Positions 49,377 through 59,109 are shown, numbered from the whole stretch's first letter. The stretch is 60,405 nucleotides of DNA, filler included, from Candidatus Fermentibacterota bacterium (GCA_016928395.1; 5 parts of 5 records of this genome joined end to end with filler, not necessarily neighbours in it), one strand, 5' to 3'. Notes: a model not told the origin generated them from the letters alone. A program made the numbers and translations.

Positions 49377-49818
49377 AGAGGAGGGCACCGAACATGCAGG
49401 CCTCGACGCAGAGGGGCGCCCCCAGGCAGGTATCGCACTTGATCACAATCCGTGCTGCCTCGTCCCAGAAGATGGCGCCCCAGGGACATGCCTGGATGCA
49501 TAGTCGACAGCCGTCGCATCGCAGAGGATCCAGTACGACGATACCGGTACGCGCATCCGTGCTGAGTGCATTGTTGGGGCACACCTCAAGGCATTGTGGG
49601 GTCTCACACTGTCGACACACGGTGAGGATCGTGTCGCCCCCGAAGGGATCCAGCCCTATCCTGATTCGTGACGAGGACGGGCTCTGATGGTGCGCCTTGC
49701 CAAGGCTGCATGCGGACATGCAAGAAAGACAGCCGGTGCAGAGGGTCTCGTGGAAGCGAATTCGACGAGGGTTCGAATGCGGTCGGCGGCGATCCTCATT
49801 CCGGGGCATGGGCGGCAA
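49369..49818 (-). CDS. 4Fe-4S dicluster ferredoxin subunit (DmsB/HycB-like)
   Basis: CTGCLSCMSAC, CRQCETPQCLEVCP, CDGCRLCIQACP, KCDTC...CVEAC. Confidence 0.92.
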   Translation of the reverse strand: MPPMPRNEDRRRPHSNPRRIRFHETLCTGCLSCMSACSLGKAHHQSPSSSRIRIGLDPFGGDTILTVCRQCETPQCLEVCPNNALSTDARTGIVVLDPLRCDGCRLCIQACPWGAIFWDEAARIVIKCDTCLGAPLCVEACMFGALLYE

Positions 49819-49953
49819 ATGCTCCTTGTGACTGTGGAAGCCCCTGCACGCAATGGGCGGGTAGAGAACACGGCGGAGAGGGGAAGAGTGCGCCGGACGA
49901 GGCCACGAGCTGAGGGGGAGCAGCCGAAGCTGCTCCCCGCCAGCTCTCGAATG

Positions 49954-52008
49954 CTACCGCAGCAGCACGATCTTCTGGATGCTGGCCCCGGCCCCACTGC
50001 GAACCCTCAACGCGTAGAGTCCGGTCGTCGGGCGGCCCATGGCGCGAAGATCAATGCCCACTCGATGGGATCCACAGACAAGAGTCCCCAAGTCAACGGA
50101 GCCCACCAGTCTGCCCGCCATGTCGAGCATGTCAGCGAAGACCTGTTGCGTGGTTCCCACCGACAGGCTAAGGGAGACAAAGCCCTGGCATGGATTCGGG
50201 TTCACCGCATCAAGGGAAAGCGCCGAGGGTACCGCTGTTGGAATGTCCGAACCCTGTCCCTCGAAACCCAGGGTGAAGTTGATATTGGTTGCCGGCGCCA
50301 TGACCTGGGTGGCATCGAACGGCACCTGTACATACGGCATGAAGCCGTAGAAATAGTAGTAGCCGAAGGGCATGAAGAAGCCTAACTCAAAGGGCGGCAT
50401 CTCGGCGGGGAGTTCCTCGTACCACTCGTCGGTGATCACGACCACCGCGTCAGGGTTCAGCATCCCATACCAGAACCATGAGAAGAAACTCCACGCGCGC
50501 ACATAGTGGGTGCTCCCGCTGTACAGGCTTCTGATCTCGTATCGGCCGTCTTGCCAGGCCTGGTCGGTGGTGGGGTTGATGCCGCTGGGGGCGAATCCGC
50601 TCAGATGCCCGGTCAGGTCGTACGACGCCACAATCACCCAGTTGATTGGATCGCCGCCGTCTTCCCTCGTCACCACGCCGCTGATGGTGGCCGTGCCTGG
50701 GGCCAACGTGATGTTCACGTCAGATCCGTATGTCTGGCCGGCAACCAGCGTCAGGGACCCGCCCTGATCGAAGGTGTGGCCTCCGCCATAATAGCCGACA
50801 GCCGCCTGCGCGCCGTAGGGTACCGCAGCGATCTTGACGGGCCGGGCGGGTAGGCGTCTGATCCGGTATCCCGCACAGAATGTGTTGTTGTCATCATCGC
50901 AGACCGGTGCCTCGTCGGACACCCCGATGCCCACGGGGAAGCCTGACTGCGCGTCATAGGCGATGAGCACCACACTGACATCGGCATCGCCGGCCGGTGA
51001 ACCGTCGGGCATCGAGACGAACCCCTGGACAATGGCCTCACGGTCAAGCTGCACGTCGATTCCCGTGGTGGACTGCCCCTCGGTGACTTGTACCGGCGTC
51101 GCCTCTTCGAAGTTGGATGTGCCTCCGTAGTACTCGGAACAGAAACCGATCTCGCCGTATTCGGCGAACTGCGTCGATACCCAGACTCTATAGCTTCCTG
51201 AGGGAAGGCCCAGGATGGTGTAGCTTCCGTCAGGCTGTACCGGCGCCGGGAAGAGGAACCAGAAGTCTTCATCCTCGGGGGGGAACTCCTCCGGGTACGC
51301 AATCACAAACTCGACGATCTCCGTGATGTCTGCGGCCCCCGGGGCAGTGACCCGGCCCGTGATCGTACCCCGGCTGGGTAGCGCGAAATCGATATTGTCA
51401 ACGCCGCCCATACCCACTGTGACGATGGCGGCGTCTTCGAAGGAATGGGCATCGTCATAGTACAGGGGGATCATGGGGTATGGGAACCCCTGGAGCGAGA
51501 CCTTGTAGTCTCCCTCCCGCAATCCGCCAACAGTATACGGGCCAATTCCAAAGGTAAGCCCCGAGGCCACCTCACGCAGGCTGTCATCGAGAGAATAGGC
51601 GGAGATGAAGAAAATGGTCTCTTCGAAGGCGCCCGGCGCATCCGACGTGATCTCGCCATTGATGGCCCCGCCCTGGGAGAGCACGAAATCTATCCCGGAA
51701 GTCGTCTGGCCTGGCTGGACCAGCACCAAGTCGGCGGTGTCTTGCGACGGCTTGTCGTCCCACCATTCGTTCGCATAGTCCGGGAACATGAAGCCGGGCG
51801 ACGCTCGCACGGCATACTGCCCGGGTGGCAGCCCGTTGACCGTGTAGGTGCCGTCCCCCATGACAATGTCCGAAGCGAAGAATTCATCCTGGCCGGATTC
51901 GTACACTTCAATGGTGACGAACATGGCAGGGGAGCCGTCATCCAGGCTCACCGAGCCACTGATGTTTCCTCCCGGTGGGAGGTTGAACTGTATGCCCGAG
52001 ATGGTTTG
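49954..52008 (-). CDS. Secreted multidomain protein with carboxypeptidase-regulatory-like repeats and a T9SS-like C-terminal domain (5' partial)
   Basis: Repeated G.I.G.V...DGSYTI.GLP.G.Y...EYY units; C-terminal NPNP...DMAGRLV...GLYALRV...KIVLLR. Confidence 0.75.
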   Translation of the reverse strand, partial: QTISGIQFNLPPGGNISGSVSLDDGSPAMFVTIEVYESGQDEFFASDIVMGDGTYTVNGLPPGQYAVRASPGFMFPDYANEWWDDKPSQDTADLVLVQPGQTTSGIDFVLSQGGAINGEITSDAPGAFEETIFFISAYSLDDSLREVASGLTFGIGPYTVGGLREGDYKVSLQGFPYPMIPLYYDDAHSFEDAAIVTVGMGGVDNIDFALPSRGTITGRVTAPGAADITEIVEFVIAYPEEFPPEDEDFWFLFPAPVQPDGSYTILGLPSGSYRVWVSTQFAEYGEIGFCSEYYGGTSNFEEATPVQVTEGQSTTGIDVQLDREAIVQGFVSMPDGSPAGDADVSVVLIAYDAQSGFPVGIGVSDEAPVCDDDNNTFCAGYRIRRLPARPVKIAAVPYGAQAAVGYYGGGHTFDQGGSLTLVAGQTYGSDVNITLAPGTATISGVVTREDGGDPINWVIVASYDLTGHLSGFAPSGINPTTDQAWQDGRYEIRSLYSGSTHYVRAWSFFSWFWYGMLNPDAVVVITDEWYEELPAEMPPFELGFFMPFGYYYFYGFMPYVQVPFDATQVMAPATNINFTLGFEGQGSDIPTAVPSALSLDAVNPNPCQGFVSLSLSVGTTQQVFADMLDMAGRLVGSVDLGTLVCGSHRVGIDLRAMGRPTTGLYALRVRSGAGASIQKIVLLR

Positions 52009-52009
52009 A

Positions 52010-52109
52010 NNNNNNNNNNNNNNNNNNNNNNNNNNNNNNNNNNNNNNNNNNNNTTAATTAATTAANNNNNNNNNNNNNNNNNNNNNNNNNNNNNNNNNNN
52101 NNNNNNNNN
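52010..52109. other. Artificial contig linker
   Basis: N-TTAATTAATTAA-N. Confidence 0.98.
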
Positions 52110-52158
52110 TGCGAGAGAATGCCCTTCGTTTCGGATTTCGTGCTTTGGGCGTCTTCCG

Positions 52159-52749
52159 CTAGGGCCGCATGTGTGGCGGAAGCTGGGCGGCCAGCTCAGG
52201 GGGCAGGTCGGCGGGTTTCAGCCGCCCCTCCTGGTACGAGGACGACTCTGGGTCCGCCTCGAAGTGATGGCTTGTCAGATAGAGGAGAACGGCATCCTGG
52301 CCAGTGGTGTTATGGTAGCCGTGGAGCACTCCCTGGGGTATGCCCAGCAAGGTGTCGCGGTAGCCCAATACTACCTTGTTCATGGTGCCGCACGTTGGCG
52401 ACTGAGCCCGCAGGTCAACCATGAACGCCGTGAGCCGCCCGAATCCGGGCAGGACATACCAGGCCTCCCTTTGCTCGGGGTGCACGTGGAGGCCCACGGC
52501 GCAGCCCGGCTGGACCACGCTGAGATTGATCTGCTTGACCTCCAGGTTGAATCCCGCCCGGGCCAGCTCTTCATGCACGCAGCCGCTGAGGCGCGCGACC
52601 TCTCGGAAGCTGCCGCCATTCTCGGGATCGGGGAACACCCGAGCGAGGGTCACCACCGCGGCGCCGTCGACGCGGGCGCCGGTTGCATAGACTTGCCTGG
52701 TTACTTCGCTTTCGCCTGCCAGGCCTCGGACCCGATCGGACCAGGTCAC
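52159..52749 (-). CDS. dTDP-4-dehydrorhamnose 3,5-epimerase-like cupin
   Basis: GGSFREV, QINLS..QPG..VGLHVH, VDLR..SPT, IPQGVLHGY; GGAGG before GTG 52749. Confidence 0.8.
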   Translation of the reverse strand: MTWSDRVRGLAGESEVTRQVYATGARVDGAAVVTLARVFPDPENGGSFREVARLSGCVHEELARAGFNLEVKQINLSVVQPGCAVGLHVHPEQREAWYVLPGFGRLTAFMVDLRAQSPTCGTMNKVVLGYRDTLLGIPQGVLHGYHNTTGQDAVLLYLTSHHFEADPESSSYQEGRLKPADLPPELAAQLPPHMRP

Positions 52750-52926
52750 ATTGCCTCCCATGAGATGTTTCGGTTGACTTGCCGTATAGACACCCCAATA
52801 TAGCACTCCATGTCATGGAATGCCCGTATGAAACGGGTTTTTCGCCAGCCACACGCCGGACGGGTTCTTGGATAGCCCGGTTCCGGCGATCGTACACGAC
52901 CCCCCGTGTCTCACCGAGGAGGAACC

Positions 52927-54144
52927 ATGTACTACCGAATTGCCTTGCTGTGCCTGCCCTTCGCCTTGCTGGCGGCATGTGCTCCCCAGGAAGCCCCCGC
53001 ATCCCGCCCGGATCTGGGACCTTCCGGCGTGCTTCTTCTGTGTCAGGCCCAGTTCATCACGGGCGACCAGGGAGCTCCCGTCCCGGGCCCGGCCCGGCTC
53101 GAACTGGTGCGCGTGCTTGACGGCCGGTGGGACCGTGCAGTGCTTGAGGATCCCCTGAGCAATGTCTTCCACAAAGCAATGATCGTCATCTCTGAAGAAG
53201 ACACCGCGTTATTCACCATCGGCGGCAATGCCGCCGCGTTGACGCGGTGGAAGACCGGCCGCATTCCCTCGGAGCCGGAGCGAATCTGGCAGCCGGTTTT
53301 CGGGGGCAAGCACAATCGCGTGCGCGATATTGAGCGGGGCGACGTAGACGGCGACGGCCTGGCGGATTGGGTGATGGCAACCCATGATCAGGGAGTGGTA
53401 GCGGTGGCGCGCCGGGTGGGGGAGGATTGGGAGATAGTCGAAGTGGACGGTTCGCCTGACACCTTTGTCCACGAGATCGAGATCGGGGATGCAGACGGTG
53501 ACGGGCAGGTGGAGTTCTACGCGACGCCCAGCAAACCGAACCGCGCCAGCGGCGAGTCCCAGGCCGGTGCCGTGCTGCAGTATGCCTGGGATGGCCAACG
53601 CTGGGCGCGCGCGGTGGTGGACAGCTTTGCCGATACCCACGCCAAGGAGATCCTCGTGGCCGACCTCGACGGCACTGGTGACGCGCTGTATGTGGTGAAG
53701 GAAGCAGTGATCTCCCCGGGCGTTGCTGAGCCTCTGGCTCCAGTGAGCATCGTTCGGTATCGAAAGACCGATGATCAGTGGAGAAGCGACACCGTGGCCA
53801 CCATACCTGACCGGCAATGCCGATTCCTCCTCGCCACCGACCTGGACGGCAACAACTCACTGGAATTAGTTGCCGCGGGATTCAAGACGGGGCTCTGGTG
53901 GATCAAGCCAGGTGCGACCGTGCCGTGGCAGCGGGAGCTGATAGACGGTGATTCATCCGGGTTCGAGCATGCATGCACCTCGGCCGATATGGACGGCGAT
54001 GGCACCGAAGAGCTGTACGTGGCCGCCGATGACCAGAAGGAACTCAGAAGGTATGTGCGGCGCGGAGGCGTGTTCCAGCGCGAGGCCATTCTGCCGCTGA
54101 CCGGAGACGTCATCACCTGGGGATTGACCGCAGGGAGAATGTAG
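52927..54144 (+). CDS. FG-GAP/VCBS-repeat lipoprotein
   Basis: Lipobox LAAC; repeats GDVDGDG, GDADGDG, ADLDG, TDLDGNN, ADMDGDG. Confidence 0.82.
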   Translation: MYYRIALLCLPFALLAACAPQEAPASRPDLGPSGVLLLCQAQFITGDQGAPVPGPARLELVRVLDGRWDRAVLEDPLSNVFHKAMIVISEEDTALFTIGGNAAALTRWKTGRIPSEPERIWQPVFGGKHNRVRDIERGDVDGDGLADWVMATHDQGVVAVARRVGEDWEIVEVDGSPDTFVHEIEIGDADGDGQVEFYATPSKPNRASGESQAGAVLQYAWDGQRWARAVVDSFADTHAKEILVADLDGTGDALYVVKEAVISPGVAEPLAPVSIVRYRKTDDQWRSDTVATIPDRQCRFLLATDLDGNNSLELVAAGFKTGLWWIKPGATVPWQRELIDGDSSGFEHACTSADMDGDGTEELYVAADDQKELRRYVRRGGVFQREAILPLTGDVITWGLTAGRM

Positions 54145-54188
54145 CACGTGCCACGCTGGCCACTTCGGTCGGCATCGACGCGTCTCCC

Positions 54189-55700
54189 ATGACGACGTCT
54201 GCCCGGGCCGAGAGTGTCCGCCGGTCGCGGTTCGACATCGCCGTGGCCAATACCGGCGCCGGTGTCGGCGGAGAAGTCGCGGACCTTGGTCTGCGCACCA
54301 TGGGGAGTCTTCTCATGGCGCGTCTTCTCGGTCCGGCGGGCCTTGGTGCATGGCTGGTGGCGCGGGCGGTCGGTTTCGATCTGGGCGGCATTGCCGCGCG
54401 ATGCGGCCTGGATGAAGCTGCCGTACGATTCGTGGCGCGCAGCCGTGGTCGTGAAGATCCCCGCGGCGCCCGGGGGGTTCTCCGCGCCGGCCTCCGGTGG
54501 TCGGCGTTGACCGCTGGTCTTGCGACCGTCGGGCTTCTGGTCGTCGCTCCGGTACTGGGGAGCGCGGTGTTCAAGAAACCGGAGGTGACAGGGCTCATAC
54601 AGATCCTGGCGCCTTCACTCCTCTTGTTCGCACCCGTGATGGTGCTGTTGGGCGCCTTGCAGGGCATCGACCGCGTCGCCCTTCGGGTCGCGGCGCAGAA
54701 GGTGGCGCTGCCCGGGGTCCAGATGGCGGTGTTGGCCATAGCCTTGGCATGCGGATGGGGAATGAGGGGAGTGATCGCGGCGCACTATGCGGGTGTCGCC
54801 GCTCTGGCCGTGGTCGCGGTCTCTGTCGGGCTGCGGGCATGGCGTGCGTCCGTTGGGCGCGGCCCGGGCACCTACGACAGGCGCGAGCTGGGCCTTTTCG
54901 CTGGCCCCCTGGCACTCTCGGAGCTGAGTACCTTCGTGATTCTGTGGATTGACATTCTGATGCTGGGTGCACTGAGCACCCAGACCGAGGCGGGAATCTA
55001 CGGGGCAGGCCAGCGGGTCGCGGGTCTTGTCGCCTTGCCTTTGAACGCGGTGAACATGATGTTCGCACCCATGATCGCGTCGCTGCACGGCCGGGGCGAA
55101 AGGGAGGGTCTTGCGGAGATGTTCAGGCTGACCACCCGCTGGGTGCTTTTTGCCAGCCTTCCGCTTTTTGTCCTCATCGTGTACGCGGGGAAAGACATCC
55201 TCGGCCTGTTCGGCGCGGGATTCAGTGCCGGCTATGGGGCGCTTGTGCTTCTGGCCGTGGGCAAGCTGGTGTCGTCGGCTACGGGCTCCGTGGGGTATGT
55301 GCTCAATATGACCGGCCATCAAAGGCTGAACTTGCTGAATACCGTGGTTCTGGGAACGGTCAACGCGGGGCTGAACGTGCTCTGGATCAGTCGCTATGGC
55401 GCCAAGGGCGCCGCGGCCGCCGCGGCGCTGTCATTGGGGTTGGTGAACATCCTCCGCGTGGTCGAGGTTCGATCCATTCTCGGATTGCGCCTGATCAGCA
55501 GAGGATATATCGTTGTTCTCGCCGGCGCCGTTGCCGGAATCGTGTGTGTCTGGGCACTGCGCGGCGTGGTGAGCGGTAGTGCGGGGTCGGTGGCAATGGG
55601 CGTGCTCTTCTTGCTCGTGTACGGCGGCATCGCTGCCATCTGGGGGCTTGACGACACCGACAGGGAGGCCGCCAAGGCGGCGCTCAGGAGGATTCGCTGA
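54189..55700 (+). CDS. Wzx/MATE-like polysaccharide flippase
   Basis: ARLLGP..LG, IDILMLG, AGIYG...R, about 14 TMs, N.LWI..YG..GAA.A. Confidence 0.88.
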   Translation: MTTSARAESVRRSRFDIAVANTGAGVGGEVADLGLRTMGSLLMARLLGPAGLGAWLVARAVGFDLGGIAARCGLDEAAVRFVARSRGREDPRGARGVLRAGLRWSALTAGLATVGLLVVAPVLGSAVFKKPEVTGLIQILAPSLLLFAPVMVLLGALQGIDRVALRVAAQKVALPGVQMAVLAIALACGWGMRGVIAAHYAGVAALAVVAVSVGLRAWRASVGRGPGTYDRRELGLFAGPLALSELSTFVILWIDILMLGALSTQTEAGIYGAGQRVAGLVALPLNAVNMMFAPMIASLHGRGEREGLAEMFRLTTRWVLFASLPLFVLIVYAGKDILGLFGAGFSAGYGALVLLAVGKLVSSATGSVGYVLNMTGHQRLNLLNTVVLGTVNAGLNVLWISRYGAKGAAAAAALSLGLVNILRVVEVRSILGLRLISRGYIVVLAGAVAGIVCVWALRGVVSGSAGSVAMGVLFLLVYGGIAAIWGLDDTDREAAKAALRRIR

Positions 55701-55702
55701 GG

Positions 55703-57331
55703 ATGCATCGAGTCTTGGTGATTGGGCTAGACGGGGGGACCTTTCGTGTGATCGAGCCCTTTGCCCGGGAGGGGATCATGCCCTGTCTTGGTGGGCTTAT
55801 GGCTCGCGGCGCATCGGGTATCCTGCGTTCCACGGAACCACCCTACACCGGGCCGGGATGGAGTTCCTTCATGACCGGTACCAATCCGGGGAAACACTCC
55901 AACTACGACGTGCAGCGGCGAACCCTCGACTACGCGGCCCTTGAGCCCGCGGGATACCACACGCTGGCCGGTACCACGCTCTGGGACATCGCGTCCGCTG
56001 CCGGCCGACGAACCGTGCTGCTCAATATGCCTATGACCTATCCGCCCCCCGCTATAAACGGCATCGTGGTGACCGGCCCCCTGACCCCGCCCGGCATCGA
56101 GTGTTTCACCTACCCCGAGGCATTGTCCGAGGAGATCAGGCGGAAGTTTGGGCACTATCTTCCCGATCTCCCATGGGCGTCCTACGGCATCGAAGACCAA
56201 GGCGCCATGCTGGATGAGCTGGAGCGCATGATGGACCAGCATGAACAGGTGTCTCTCTGGGCCTTGGCACGAGAGAGATGGGACCTGGCTGCCGTGGTGC
56301 TGGTGGCGCCTGATAGGATCCAGCACTCACTCTGGCGCTGCCTGGGTATTGACGGCCCCGTGGCCGACCATGACAAGGCTCTGCGCGACCGCGTTCGCGG
56401 GCTGTACGCCACAATGGATCGTACGGTCCATCGGCTCATGGAGGCGGCAGGGTCCGACGCCAATGTGATCGTGGTCAGTGACCACGGATTCGGCCCCATC
56501 AAGGCTCGGGTGGATCTCAACAATCTGTTAGCGGATGTGGGCCTGCTGGCGTATCGCGGAGAGCGAGGCCTTGTGGATTCGGTCGGAAAGCGGCTGCACG
56601 CGCTGGGGCTGCGGCGCCGTCACGTGGCCGCTGCACTGCGGCCCCTGGGAATCGGGCGAGGGCTTGTAGACAGCCTGGAGTCGGGGAATCGTCTGCAGGG
56701 AGCCGGCTCAGTCACCGACTGGGGGGCAACCAGAGCGTTCAGCCTTATCACCAATGGAGTATTCGTGAATCTCTGTGGACGGGAGCCCGAGGGCATCGTG
56801 GCAACGGATGAGTATGAGGGAACCCGCCAGGAGATCATAGAGAAGCTCTGCGCCGTGCGTGATCCGGACACGGGAGACCAGGTGATCCATCGGGTGCAGC
56901 GGCGTGAGGAGGTCTATGCCGGGCCCTACTTGGACTATGCACCGGATCTGATGATCACCGAGTATGATGAGCGGTACTACTTCCATTTCTTTCCCCACAG
57001 CCATTTCACCACAGCCTTCAATGACCCAGACCCGGCCTCGGGGAACCACGCTCACGACGGCATTCTCATCGCCCAGGGCCCGGATATCGCCGCAGGCGAG
57101 GTTCAAGGCGCCCGTCTCGTGGACATGATGCCCACACTCTGCGCCCTGCTGGATTTGGCTATTCCGCCCGAAGTAGATGGAGACGTTCTGGAGAGCCTGC
57201 TGCGGATGCCGCGCTCGTCCGCCAAAGCCCCCGGCTCCCCAGGCCCTTTGCCCGATCCCACCCGGCGAGGCCTTACCGAACAGGAACAGCAGGGTCTTGA
57301 GGAACGCCTTCGGGGTTTAGGGTATCTGTAG
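55703..57331 (+). CDS. Alkaline-phosphatase superfamily nucleotide pyrophosphatase/phosphodiesterase
   Basis: VIGLDGGT, LRST.PP.T.PGW.SFMTG.NPGKH, DRIQH, VSDHGFG, GNH; C-terminal EERLRGLGYL. Confidence 0.88.
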   Translation: MHRVLVIGLDGGTFRVIEPFAREGIMPCLGGLMARGASGILRSTEPPYTGPGWSSFMTGTNPGKHSNYDVQRRTLDYAALEPAGYHTLAGTTLWDIASAAGRRTVLLNMPMTYPPPAINGIVVTGPLTPPGIECFTYPEALSEEIRRKFGHYLPDLPWASYGIEDQGAMLDELERMMDQHEQVSLWALARERWDLAAVVLVAPDRIQHSLWRCLGIDGPVADHDKALRDRVRGLYATMDRTVHRLMEAAGSDANVIVVSDHGFGPIKARVDLNNLLADVGLLAYRGERGLVDSVGKRLHALGLRRRHVAAALRPLGIGRGLVDSLESGNRLQGAGSVTDWGATRAFSLITNGVFVNLCGREPEGIVATDEYEGTRQEIIEKLCAVRDPDTGDQVIHRVQRREEVYAGPYLDYAPDLMITEYDERYYFHFFPHSHFTTAFNDPDPASGNHAHDGILIAQGPDIAAGEVQGARLVDMMPTLCALLDLAIPPEVDGDVLESLLRMPRSSAKAPGSPGPLPDPTRRGLTEQEQQGLEERLRGLGYL

Positions 57332-57344
57332 GTCCGCCGCGATT

Positions 57345-57420
57345 GGGGGGCGGGGGTCGCTATCGGTATCGCTATCGGTATCGCTATCGGTATCGGGATC
57401 GGGATCGCTATCGGTACTCG
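57345..57420. repeat. Hexamer tandem repeat (ATCGGT/ATCGCT)n; reverse copy of the module at 90-127
   Basis: gggggtcgc tatcgg tatcgc tatcgg tatcgc tatcgg tatcgg gatcgg... Confidence 0.85.
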
Positions 57421-57495
57421 GCGAACCGGGCGCTCCAGTCCGAGAACGAGCTTCCCGTGCACTCTGGAACGAGGCCTGCGCTCCTATTCGAAGAT

Positions 57496-57525
57496 GGGAG
57501 ATAGGAGATAGGAGATAGGAGAAAG
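57496..57525. repeat. Heptamer repeat (GGAGATA)n
   Basis: ggagata ggagata ggagata ggagaaa. Confidence 0.8.
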
Positions 57526-57776
57526 GAGTGAGGAGCGGAACGACGAACCTTCTGACTTCCTGGATTCCGAGTGCTTCGTGCCGCCGACTGCCAACCCCTT
57601 TCACCCCTTCACCCATCATTCCCTCATCCAGTTCTCCGGTCGGCCATCCCTCGCAGTACCTACGCTGGATACCGAGTGGTAGGAGCTACAGCCCGTCGAG
57701 TTCACGGCGATTCGGAGGGCAGGGCAACGAAAAAGCGATCGTAGAGGTCTTCCATCTCTCCCATGAGCAGCATCAA

Positions 57777-57876
57777 NNNNNNNNNNNNNNNNNNNNNNNN
57801 NNNNNNNNNNNNNNNNNNNNTTAATTAATTAANNNNNNNNNNNNNNNNNNNNNNNNNNNNNNNNNNNNNNNNNNNN
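57777..57876. other. Artificial contig linker
   Basis: N-TTAATTAATTAA-N. Confidence 0.98.
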
Positions 57877-57878
57877 AC

Positions 57879-58895
57879 GCCACGACAGGCTACACGTGCG
57901 CAGTTCAGGGACTCGCGTTTTCCTCAGCGGGAAGAGCCGTGAGCGGTGAGTGCAACGGCACGGCAGGCATCGGGGTTGTCGGCTGGGCAGGTGCCACGAC
58001 GGGCGGCGCCAACGGCGTCTTCGGGTACGCTGCCTCACCCGCGGGAGCGGGCGTGGTGGGCCAGGCCGCGGCGACGACGGGCGGGGCACACGGGGTGTAC
58101 GGAACATCCGCGGCCAGTGAAGGCAGGGGTGTCACCGGCATTGCCACCGCGGCCACCGGCATGAACTACGGCGTGTACGGGCAGAACGACTCCGCAGCGG
58201 GCTCCGGCGTCTATGGCAGCGGCTACCATGGCGTCTGGGGCGACGGCCAATACGGCGTCTATGGCGACGGCTACTACGGCGTCACTGGCCACACCACTTC
58301 GACGTATGGCTATGGTGTCTACTACTCCGGCGGCCTGGCGGGCACCGGCACCAAGAGCTGCGTGGTCAAGACGTCGAAGGGGCCGACCCTGATGTACTGC
58401 CAGGAGAGCCCCGAGAACTGGTTCGAAGACTTCGGGGAGGGGCAGCTCGTGAGCGGGAGAGCGCACATTGAGCTGGACCCGGTGTTCCTGGAGACGGTGA
58501 CCATCGATGCGGCGAACCCGATGAAGGTGTTCGTGCAGCTCGGAGACGACTCTCGGGGTGTTTTTGTCAGGAAGGGGACCACTGGTTTCGATGTGGTGGA
58601 GACCCAGGGAGGGGCATCTTCCATCCCATTCGACTATCGTGTCATTGCTAAACGCCAGGGCTTCGAGGCGAAGCGTCTGGACGTGTGCGAAGCGGCGCGG
58701 ACGGATTCCTACCTGTATCCCGAGCTGCGCGAGAGGGAGCAGGCAGAGCGTGAGGCGTCAAAGGTGAGGCATGAGGAGGAGCGGGCCCGACGCGAACAGG
58801 AACGGGTCCGGATGGAGCAGGAGCGCGCACGAATGGAAGCGGCGCACACCCGGCGAGACCCGACGGGGCCTGCCCAGGCAGCGGTGAGCGACTAG
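57879..58895 (+). CDS. GVYG-repeat fibre-like protein with a conserved C-terminal ESPE-type domain and coiled-coil tail (5' partial)
   Basis: Many GVxG repeats; GTKSCVV, YCQESPENWFEDFGEGQL, FDYRVIAKR.GFE..RL. Confidence 0.75.
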   Translation, partial: ATTGYTCAVQGLAFSSAGRAVSGECNGTAGIGVVGWAGATTGGANGVFGYAASPAGAGVVGQAAATTGGAHGVYGTSAASEGRGVTGIATAATGMNYGVYGQNDSAAGSGVYGSGYHGVWGDGQYGVYGDGYYGVTGHTTSTYGYGVYYSGGLAGTGTKSCVVKTSKGPTLMYCQESPENWFEDFGEGQLVSGRAHIELDPVFLETVTIDAANPMKVFVQLGDDSRGVFVRKGTTGFDVVETQGGASSIPFDYRVIAKRQGFEAKRLDVCEAARTDSYLYPELREREQAEREASKVRHEEERARREQERVRMEQERARMEAAHTRRDPTGPAQAAVSD

Positions 58896-58916
58896 GCCCG
58901 GAGGACCAGGGTTTTG

Positions 58917-58946
58917 GGGGACTATTCTAATATTAGAATAGTCCCC
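58917..58946. repeat. Perfect 30-bp palindrome
   Basis: GGGGACTATTCTAAT-ATTAGAATAGTCCCC. Confidence 0.9.
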
Positions 58947-58969
58947 TGCGCTATCCCGCATGGTGCCTT

Positions 58970-59109
58970 CTCGAGGGTACATCGGAAGCTCATACGCATA
59001 CTCGTACTCGTACTCGCACTTGAATGACTGGCTCGTCGATTTCGAGTACGCTGCCGATACCGACCACGAGTTCCTTCCGAGGCGGGCGATCAGGGCTGGT
59101 CGCCCCCAC
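58970..59109. repeat. Composite intergenic repeat plus degenerate REP hairpin
   Basis: gagggtacatc...tactcgtactcgtactcg...ctcgtcgatt...cgataccgacc followed by GGGCGATC-AGGGCT-GGTCGCCC. Confidence 0.6.

Noticed and set aside
57700-57776. Minus-strand fragment LMLLMGEMEDLYDRFFVALPSESP at the contig end
   Set aside because: Probably the 3' end of a gene, but too short to assign.
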